Assembly (NCBI GenBank): GCA_963675755.2
Contig: CAXXMD010000003.1
Span: 96,001-160,000 of the forward strand
Length of the DNA: 64,000 nucleotides
Source: a bacterium
Lineage (GTDB): Bacteria > Zhuqueibacterota > Zhuqueibacteria > Residuimicrobiales > Krinioviventaceae
Direction of reading: 5' to 3'
Positions 20,008 through 27,276 of this stretch are shown here, piece by piece; within the stretch, counting starts at the first letter, position 1; each line of letters begins with the position of its first letter. Under the pieces are notes generated by a model. It was not told the origin of the DNA and made no database searches. It saw only the letters and a program-made list of their open reading frames with translations. Both the position numbers and the translations under genes were made by a program.

Positions 20008-20071
20008 CGTTAAGGGATCGTTACTTATATACAAGGATTGAGAACCCTCGGGAGGATTTGCTGTTATACCA

Positions 20072-21070
20072 TCAAACCATCGGTCGTTTAAAGTATTCAA
20101 CTTTACCATCCGCCAGATCTGCAACCTGAGCAATCAAATCATTGCGTTGAGTTTCGCTCAAACTGACAAAAGACTTGGCCAGTCCGATTTTCTCCTTTAC
20201 CAGCTCTGCATTTTCAGCGCCGGTTATCAATACACTCACCGGTAACGACCATACAAAATTCAACGCCGACTGGATACTCATCCTGTCCGGCACAACCGGA
20301 GTCTCTGTTTCCCACTGAGTGTCTCCAAGCTTTTCTTTTTTCGCAAAGAACCTGCCATCCGCCAGGGTCTTCATAGCCAACAGGGATATATTCTGTTTTT
20401 GTAATTCGGGTACGACTTGACGAATAAAACTGTGGTAACTGGGATCAATTACATTAACGGGCATCTGCGCGGTGGTGAACACGTTCATTCCTTTGGTACG
20501 TTCCAGCATACGCAGGTGAGCTTCAGGATTACTGTGTCCTGTAAATCCTATATGGCGCACTTTGCCTTGTTCTTTGGCTTTGATAAATACATCCAGCACA
20601 CCATTCTCAATACGTGTATCCACATCCTCCGGATCGCGCAGCGAATGGATCTGCCACAAGTCCAGATAATCCGTGTTTAACCGTTTTAACGAAGCATCCA
20701 GATGCGCCTGCACGGTTTCCGCATCTTTGCCGGTGGTTTTGGTCATGATAAATGATATATCGCGATATTGGGGAGTAAGATACTTGCCGTATCGTTCTTC
20801 ACTGGTATGCGGTCCGTAGGATTCCGCCGAATCAAAAAACCGGATGCCGCCTTCAAGCGCGGCTTCAATTGTTTCCTGCGCGTCCCGTTCGGTTGTCCAC
20901 CCCACATGGTAACCGCCAAGCCCCAGCATGGTCACCTTTTCATTGGTGCCCAGTAATCGCTGGGGCAACAGAGCTCCCAACCTGTCTTTTGTCTGCAATT
21001 CTGTTGCACATCCTACCAGAATGGCAGAGGTTGCCAGCGACATATTTTTGATAAATTCTCTTCTTTTCAT
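20072..21070 (-). CDS. Aldo/keto reductase with Tat/lipoprotein-like signal
   Basis: GGAGG RBS; MKRREF..LVGC; LGLGG, FFDSAESY, TK, DYLDLWQIH, IGFTGH. Confidence 0.9.
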   Translation of the reverse strand: MKRREFIKNMSLATSAILVGCATELQTKDRLGALLPQRLLGTNEKVTMLGLGGYHVGWTTERDAQETIEAALEGGIRFFDSAESYGPHTSEERYGKYLTPQYRDISFIMTKTTGKDAETVQAHLDASLKRLNTDYLDLWQIHSLRDPEDVDTRIENGVLDVFIKAKEQGKVRHIGFTGHSNPEAHLRMLERTKGMNVFTTAQMPVNVIDPSYHSFIRQVVPELQKQNISLLAMKTLADGRFFAKKEKLGDTQWETETPVVPDRMSIQSALNFVWSLPVSVLITGAENAELVKEKIGLAKSFVSLSETQRNDLIAQVADLADGKVEYFKRPMV

Positions 21071-21221
21071 GGTTACCTCCTTGTTGACAAATCTATTACT
21101 TCTGAATCGCCAAATCTCAATATATTCAACCACGAATGTATGAAAATTATTCTAACGGAATCTTTTTAACGGGAAATACACCAAATGCATGGCAAAAGAC
21201 AATACGTGTCTAAACTATTTT

Positions 21222-21281
21222 CTCCGTGTATTATGTGTTCAAAAACTATTAAACCACGAAGGAAAGAAGAACTCGAAGAAA
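21222..21281. repeat. Periodic-repeat inverted pair related to the one at about 9375-9440
   Basis: AAACCACGAAGGAAAGAAGA is identical in both places and preceded by a tgtgtt-type left arm. Confidence 0.6.
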
Positions 21282-21342
21282 ATTTAACTATCCATTCCGA
21301 AATTAATACTATTAATCACAAGCCTGACAAGTGAATTCATCT

Positions 21343-22017
21343 TTAAAACCGGTAACTCAACAAATCCATTTTAACACCCGGTTTGCCGCAGGAATCCTGG
21401 AAATAGCCCACTTGCCCTATAGATACATTTTTATCCGACTTGACGGGGCCTAAATTATAGGATAATATCGAAAAAGCAGGTGGTAAGACATATGTTAAAA
21501 CAACTCCCAAATTAGAATCAGAGGTTTCCAATGCTACCATCGCAATACCCGTCCCCAAAACAGAACCGCCCAATGCCCACAGAAAAGACCGGTCTTTTTT
21601 TGCTATCACTCCTGTAACATGTACGCCACCCGCTATTCCCAACGCGTAACCTGCAAAAACCGTAAGAAACAATCCTCCCACATCTGTATCCCGATTATTG
21701 ACAAACTGATTGCCATCAATTGCCAATCCCGCTGCCACACCCAGGGCTCCCCCCAATTCTGCCAGAATTAACTGCACCACGTAATAATCGGTCTCATATA
21801 CAGGATGCTTCATATCAGATAATCGCAAAGCATTCATTGAAATACCCGGTTCTGAATTATACCGAAAGGTATTCATACAAAAGTCATTCTGAGAAGCATT
21901 GGATCGGGGGAAAAGTTGATGTCCAGATGAATTGTGCTGTACTTGTGCAGAAACTAACGAGCTGAACATAAACAGCAACGCCAATATTACTTTAACAAAA
22001 ACAATTTCTTTTCTCAT
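21343..22017 (-). CDS. Unknown envelope protein, paralog 7 of tandem array
   Basis: Signal peptide, Gly/Ala-rich hydrophobic helices, C-terminus SIGQVGYFQDSCGKPGVKMDLLSYRF. Confidence 0.85.
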   Translation of the reverse strand: MRKEIVFVKVILALLFMFSSLVSAQVQHNSSGHQLFPRSNASQNDFCMNTFRYNSEPGISMNALRLSDMKHPVYETDYYVVQLILAELGGALGVAAGLAIDGNQFVNNRDTDVGGLFLTVFAGYALGIAGGVHVTGVIAKKDRSFLWALGGSVLGTGIAMVALETSDSNLGVVLTYVLPPAFSILSYNLGPVKSDKNVSIGQVGYFQDSCGKPGVKMDLLSYRF

Positions 22018-22040
22018 AACTTTTTCCCTCACAAATCACA

Positions 22041-22736
22041 TTAAAACCGATAGCTCAACAAATCCATTTTAACACCAAGGCCGCCGCAGGCATCCTGATA
22101 ATAGCCTAGCTGTCCTACAGAGATTTCAGGAGAATAATCAGTCCCGTTCAACTCTTTGTGATCTTGGGGTTTTGCTTTTTTATTATACATCGCCATTGAA
22201 CAAATCGGTGGCAACAAAAAACCAGCTGTGATACTCAAAGTTGAATTACCGGGATTTGAATCAGTTTCCAATGCTAAAACACCAATTGCTATTGCTGTTC
22301 CTAATAGAGACCCCAACAATGCACGCTTGTAAGATCCGTTTTGCCCAAATGCTTCACCTATACCATATGATCCCAATGAAACTCCCATAGCAAACCCTGC
22401 ATAAGTAGACAGCACTCCTCCGGCCATCGAACCGTCAAGAATATTAAAACCTATTAATGCTCCTGCAAATAAACCCAAACAACCCGAAACTTCAGCTATA
22501 ATAAATTGTCCAGCCAAATAATAACCATCATAAATATCTGTATTTGTTGCTACAGCAGATTCACGATCATTTAATCGCGGAGATTGATATTGACACAGAT
22601 TTACCGACCTCTCGCCCTGGTAATTGTATGGCACCAACCGGGGAGTGTTATCGGATTTGCTTTCGGGTTCCTGTGCGAAAACCGTAGAAGAGAATACCAT
22701 GCAGATAGTGACAAGAAACAAAAAGCTGTTTTTCAA
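22041..22736 (-). CDS. Unknown envelope protein, paralog 6
   Basis: TTG start after AAGGAGA; AQEPESKSDNTPRLVPYNYQG; C-terminus ISVGQLGYYQDACGGLGVKMDLLSYRF. Confidence 0.85.
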   Translation of the reverse strand: MKNSFLFLVTICMVFSSTVFAQEPESKSDNTPRLVPYNYQGERSVNLCQYQSPRLNDRESAVATNTDIYDGYYLAGQFIIAEVSGCLGLFAGALIGFNILDGSMAGGVLSTYAGFAMGVSLGSYGIGEAFGQNGSYKRALLGSLLGTAIAIGVLALETDSNPGNSTLSITAGFLLPPICSMAMYNKKAKPQDHKELNGTDYSPEISVGQLGYYQDACGGLGVKMDLLSYRF

Positions 22737-22821
22737 AATATGTCTCCTTGATAAAATTATAGCCCAAACAGGATTTTCCCCATGCGTTTTAAATTAAATT
22801 TTTTAGAGGTAATGTATGTAT

Positions 22822-22847
22822 GTACGAATGGATATACTCAATGTTCC
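22822..22847 (-). promoter_or_regulatory. Putative ECF sigma promoter GGAAC-N17-GTAC
   Basis: Conserved boxes and spacing in three upstream regions, with a divergent spacer in one. Confidence 0.6.
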
Positions 22848-22973
22848 ATTTTGAAACCGCGCAAATCCTGCTAAAGACCGGGAGCGTTTGTAAGAGTTCA
22901 GCACTAAAAAAATCAAACATTCAATCCTATCATCCTTAAATCCGATAAATCATAATTCAGACAGATAACCCGA

Positions 22974-23681
22974 TCAAAACCGGTAACTTAACAAATCCAA
23001 TTTAATGCCAGGGCCGCCGCATGCATCCTGATAATATCCGAGCTGCCCGACAGAGATTTCAGGTGAAAAACCAGTCTCTTTGAATCTATTGGGATATTTG
23101 GATTTAAATTTTCTGTTATAATTTATCATGGAACAGATTGTGGGCATAAGAAGCAATGCTGGACCTGTAAATACCGGAGTCTTGCTGTCTTTTTCTATTG
23201 CTGCTATGGTCATTCCTATACATGCCCCAAATAAAGAACCTTCAAGTGCTCGCCAATATGTACCATTTTGTACCTGTTTATAACCTGTTCCGTGTACTCC
23301 AAAAGCAACCCCTAATGTATACGACGTATACCCTATAACGATTGCAGCAGCAAGTCCATCCCATCCTTCTCTCCTGAACAAAGCTGGCCCCACGAGTACA
23401 CCGGTTGTCATCCCAAGCCCACCTATAAACTCTGCCATTAAAAATTGTTTAACAAAATATCCGAACGTAGCGCCTTGACCGGTTTCTGATAAAGGTTCGA
23501 CAGAACCCTGTAAATTCAATGGATCGGGATAACACCAATACAAGTTGACAGTACTTTTACCCTGAAAATTATAGGGAACAAGCCGGGGAGCATAATCAGA
23601 TTTGCTTTCGGGTTCCTGTGCAAAAACAGTAGAAGAGAATACCGTGCAGATAGTGACAAGAATCAAAAAGCTTTTTTTCAA
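22974..23681 (-). CDS. Unknown envelope protein, paralog 5
   Basis: TTG start at 23681 after AAGGAGA; same N- and C-terminal modules as paralogs 4 and 6. Confidence 0.85.
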   Translation of the reverse strand: MKKSFLILVTICTVFSSTVFAQEPESKSDYAPRLVPYNFQGKSTVNLYWCYPDPLNLQGSVEPLSETGQGATFGYFVKQFLMAEFIGGLGMTTGVLVGPALFRREGWDGLAAAIVIGYTSYTLGVAFGVHGTGYKQVQNGTYWRALEGSLFGACIGMTIAAIEKDSKTPVFTGPALLLMPTICSMINYNRKFKSKYPNRFKETGFSPEISVGQLGYYQDACGGPGIKLDLLSYRF

Positions 23682-23767
23682 AATATGTCTCCTTGATAAA
23701 ATTATAGCCCAAACAGGATTTTTCCCCATGCGTTTTAAATTAAATTTTTTAGCGGTAATGTATGTAT

Positions 23768-23793
23768 GTACGAATGGATATACTCAATGTTCC
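23768..23793 (-). promoter_or_regulatory. Putative ECF sigma promoter GGAAC-N17-GTAC
   Basis: Identical to the 22822-22847 copy. Confidence 0.6.
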
Positions 23794-23835
23794 ATTTTGA
23801 AACCGCGCAAATCCTACCGAGGGCTGGGAGACAGA

Positions 23836-24564
23836 TTAGAACCTGCAACTCAACAAATACATTTTAACACCGAGGCCGCCGCAGGCATCCTGATAATAGC
23901 CAAGCTGCCCCACAGAGATTTCAGGAGAATAATCAGTTTCTTTGAATCTATTGGGATATTTGGGCTCAAGTTTCATGTTATACGCTGCCATAGAACAAAT
24001 CGTCGGTAGAAAAACTATAGATGCAAATATAATATTGGTTTCCTTTCGATTATAATTGTCAAATGGCCTAAATGATTCAGAATGTGCAGCAATGATCCCC
24101 AAACCCATTCCTGCTGTCGCCCCAATCAACGACCATTCGTACGAGCCCTTCTTTTTTGCTTTTCTGCCCATTCTGAAAACACCGTTGGCAACCCCAAAGG
24201 AATAACTTGCATATATAATATACAATCCTGTATCAATAGCGTGCTCCTCATCGGCTGCTCCAATCAAAGCTACACCCAAAGTACCCGCCAGAATCCACAT
24301 GAATCCGCTTGTTTCAGCCACAACAAACTGCAATATATAATAATCAAGAGGAGAAATTGTTTCCCAGGATACGGAATTCTGTTCAATTCTGTAAAAATCC
24401 GGCAAATCCGTAATATCTTTGTATAAATTAAAGGTGTTTTTTCCCTGGTAATTGTACGGAACCAGCCGGGGAGTATTATCTGATTTGCTTTCGGGTTCCT
24501 GTGTGTAAACCGTTGAAAAGAATGCCATAAAGATACTGACAAGAAACAAAAAGCTATTTTTCAA
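23836..24564 (-). CDS. Unknown envelope protein, paralog 4
   Basis: TTG start after AAGGAGA; QEPESKSDNTPRLVPYNYQG; C-terminus GYYQDACGGLGVKMYLLSCRF. Confidence 0.85.
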   Translation of the reverse strand: MKNSFLFLVSIFMAFFSTVYTQEPESKSDNTPRLVPYNYQGKNTFNLYKDITDLPDFYRIEQNSVSWETISPLDYYILQFVVAETSGFMWILAGTLGVALIGAADEEHAIDTGLYIIYASYSFGVANGVFRMGRKAKKKGSYEWSLIGATAGMGLGIIAAHSESFRPFDNYNRKETNIIFASIVFLPTICSMAAYNMKLEPKYPNRFKETDYSPEISVGQLGYYQDACGGLGVKMYLLSCRF

Positions 24565-24647
24565 AATATGTCTCCTTGATAGAATTATCCTGGCAGGAAC
24601 AAGCCCCTTTGCGATTTAAATTCATTTTTTAGCAATATTGTATGTAT

Positions 24648-24673
24648 GTACTATTGTACCAGCCCGATGTTCC
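24648..24673 (-). promoter_or_regulatory. Putative ECF sigma promoter GGAAC-N17-GTAC
   Basis: Boxes and flanks conserved; 9 of 17 spacer bases differ from the other two copies. Confidence 0.6.
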
Positions 24674-24798
24674 ATTTTGAAACCGTGCAAGTCCTGCTAA
24701 AGGCCGGGAGCGTTTGTAAGAGTTCAGCACTAAAAAAAACAGCATTCAAACCTTTCATTCTTAAATCCTATGAATCATAATTCAGACAGGAAACCCGA

Positions 24799-25494
24799 TC
24801 AAAACCTGCAACTCAACAAATCCATTTTAATACCGAGGCCGCCGCAGGCATCCTGATAATAGCCAAGCTGTCCTGTAGATATTTCTGGTCCATGGGATTT
24901 AGAGTTGCCTTTATTATACAATATCATTGAAAGCGGAATCGGCAGTAGAAACGTCAATGCCGCCCCCACATTAGCGACTTCTGAACCTTGTCCCGCAATA
25001 ATGGCGCCCAGCCCAATACTGGTTCCAATTGCAGATCCCATCAAAGCCTGTAAAAACGGCAAGTCCTTATTATTGATGATACCAACCACATGCACACCTG
25101 TTGCAACTCCCAGAGCATATCCCGCATAAGCAAATCCAACCAGTTTTACAAAATCACTGCCCTCTTCATCATCACTGAATTCAACCCCGCTAAAGTTCAC
25201 TCCTGCTGCTGTCCCCAACGCTCCTCCCAATCCTGCCATTAAAAACTGTGATATTAAATACCCGCCTTCTGGTTTATTTTTTTTATTTAGGGATGTATTA
25301 TCAGCATTTCTGAACAAACTCGAATTCGCATGATAGCGGTTCAAATCCACTCCCATATCCTTTTGCTGAATATAGGGAATAATTCGGGCTGCATTTTCAA
25401 ATGTAATGCCTAAACCCGGGTCGGTCGCATACACTGCCTGCGTAAATAAAAGACAAACCATTAACACACTGCCAAAGCCAAATATCTTTTTCAT
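24799..25494 (-). CDS. Unknown envelope protein, paralog 3
   Basis: Signal peptide; QFLMAG..G; C-terminus EISTGQLGYYQDACGGLGIKMDLLSCRF. Confidence 0.85.
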   Translation of the reverse strand: MKKIFGFGSVLMVCLLFTQAVYATDPGLGITFENAARIIPYIQQKDMGVDLNRYHANSSLFRNADNTSLNKKNKPEGGYLISQFLMAGLGGALGTAAGVNFSGVEFSDDEEGSDFVKLVGFAYAGYALGVATGVHVVGIINNKDLPFLQALMGSAIGTSIGLGAIIAGQGSEVANVGAALTFLLPIPLSMILYNKGNSKSHGPEISTGQLGYYQDACGGLGIKMDLLSCRF

Positions 25495-25581
25495 TCAAGC
25501 ACCCCATTTCTGTTTATAAACCCGGATTTATCCCCGGGAACCTAAAAAAAATCTATACCGATTACAAAGCAATTCCGACTA

Positions 25582-26295
25582 TTAAAATCTACAGCTCAAT
25601 AAATCCATTTTAACGCCTGGGCCGCCGCATGCATCCAGATAGCATCCAAACTGACCGGCAGATATTTCCACAGAGCGGGTATTATTCGCACTTGCAGAAT
25701 CCCGTTTATTATAAAGTATTATGGAACATACCGGCGGCAGTAAAACAAGAGACGAAAGACTAATTACAGCCTGGGGCTTGTTATTATCCAATTGAGAGGT
25801 AATGGCTATTGCCAATCCTACTCCAATAAAAGATCCTTTTAGCGCCTTACCAAAAGAACCGGAGACATTTGCATAACTCCCAACCTTGTGAACACCAAAA
25901 GCCGAACCCAATGCATACCCGGCATAAGCACCGATCACGACAAATTCAATTCCATCCATATCTTCACTTTGACTATCCACAAAAGGTATGCCGCAAATCC
26001 CCCCAACAAAGGACAGGATTATACCATTAATCTCTGCAGATACAAATTGCTTGATATGCAATTTGGAATTTATATTTTTTTGTTCATTTTGATTTATGTC
26101 AGATAACGCAATTCCGGAATACTGTCCTGTGCTCATACGAAAAGCCGATAGGTTATCCCCGCTGTAATGTAAAGACACAGGGAACGATTTTACATGGGTC
26201 TGGTTAGAATTGTGCTGACCGGCAAGGATTTTTGTGGCAGACAACAGCGCCAAAATTAATAGTAACTCTAAATGTATTAATCGAAATTTCAACAT
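25582..26295 (-). CDS. Unknown envelope protein, paralog 2
   Basis: Signal peptide; QFVSAEING; C-terminus EISAGQFGCYLDACGGPGVKMDLLSCRF. Confidence 0.85.
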   Translation of the reverse strand: MLKFRLIHLELLLILALLSATKILAGQHNSNQTHVKSFPVSLHYSGDNLSAFRMSTGQYSGIALSDINQNEQKNINSKLHIKQFVSAEINGIILSFVGGICGIPFVDSQSEDMDGIEFVVIGAYAGYALGSAFGVHKVGSYANVSGSFGKALKGSFIGVGLAIAITSQLDNNKPQAVISLSSLVLLPPVCSIILYNKRDSASANNTRSVEISAGQFGCYLDACGGPGVKMDLLSCRF

Positions 26296-26336
26296 CTCCC
26301 CTCTCAAATATTAATAATCGCAATAGATAATCCGCT

Positions 26337-27092
26337 TTAAAATCGCCAGCTAAAAACATTCACAATAACAGTATTCCCCCTCTTTTCATCATGAGAATAG
26401 TTGAACGCATTCATGGACAATCCTACATTTCCGCCATCAATGCTCACAACAGAATTCAGATCATTCATATGACTGGTAATATTATAACTTGCGATAGCGC
26501 CAATGGTTGGCAAAAAAAGAGTCAAAACCGAAATACTTTTATCATCATTAAATTCTTCATCACTTTCATCATAAGCATTTTCAACCATTAATCCCACCCC
26601 TGTTCCAATTAGCGCACTGGTCAACGTCCACCAAAAAGAGCCGTATCTATTCGCTTTTTCACCAACCCGATACACACCATCCACAACGCCATATGTATAA
26701 CTAGCAGATACAACATAATATCCGGTTTCAGACATATCCCAGTCATTCCCCACGTGAACAGCATATACAACCAGGGCACTTGTAAGCAGGCATATAAGCC
26801 CTTCGGTTTCTGCCATTAGAAACTGTAAACCATAATATTGTATAGAATTAAATACACTTAGATCATGAGCTCTATATCCATCTGTTACTGAATTATAAAC
26901 CAGAAAATCCAGATCCAATGCCTCTTTCCCCTGGTAATTAAAAGGAACCAAAACCGGACTATCGTCTAGTGTATTAAATTGACTGGTCATTTCTGTTGTT
27001 TTTTTATTCCTCTGTAAAAGGTTTTGCGGAAAAACGGTTGAACAAAAAATCAGTGCTAATAAAATCCCGGCCCGTAGTGATCTGAGATACAT
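26337..27092 (-). CDS. Unknown envelope protein, paralog 1 (most diverged)
   Basis: LVPFNYQG, QFLMAETEG, GSFWW, LPTIG..SYN; C-terminus VIVNVFSWRF. Confidence 0.8.
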   Translation of the reverse strand: MYLRSLRAGILLALIFCSTVFPQNLLQRNKKTTEMTSQFNTLDDSPVLVPFNYQGKEALDLDFLVYNSVTDGYRAHDLSVFNSIQYYGLQFLMAETEGLICLLTSALVVYAVHVGNDWDMSETGYYVVSASYTYGVVDGVYRVGEKANRYGSFWWTLTSALIGTGVGLMVENAYDESDEEFNDDKSISVLTLFLPTIGAIASYNITSHMNDLNSVVSIDGGNVGLSMNAFNYSHDEKRGNTVIVNVFSWRF

Positions 27093-27213
27093 TCATATCC
27101 CCCAATTTATGACAGCCGGTCCGGATTAATAAATCTGCAGATAAAAATCGCGGTACATTATAGGGAACCAACTATCAGGATAAAAAGCTGTCTATTGATT
27201 ATTATCGTTTAAC

Positions 27214-27248
27214 TACCCGCTTTAAGGCCAAGTTCCTTCAAGCGGGTA
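27214..27248. terminator. Hairpin downstream of the glycoside hydrolase gene
   Basis: TACCCGCTT-t-AAGG-ccaagtt-CCTT-c-AAGCGGGTA; the U tract is poor on the minus strand. Confidence 0.45.
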
Positions 27249-27276
27249 ATTTTTCAAATCGAACAGCCAGCGATGT

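Noticed and set aside
16910-20013. Near-identical short ORFs (16910-17146, 19421-19684, 19795-20013; also 14824-15063 and 13029-13295)
   Set aside because: They are translations of the palindromic repeat elements, with inconsistent starts and ends and no RBS; not treated as genes.
22822-24673. Sigma54 promoter at TGGAAC
   Set aside because: No GC dinucleotide at the -12 position in any of the three copies.
21343-27092. Diversity-generating retroelement or invertase shufflon behind the paralog array
   Set aside because: No reverse transcriptase or recombinase nearby, differences are not adenine-restricted, and all copies are full-length and co-oriented.
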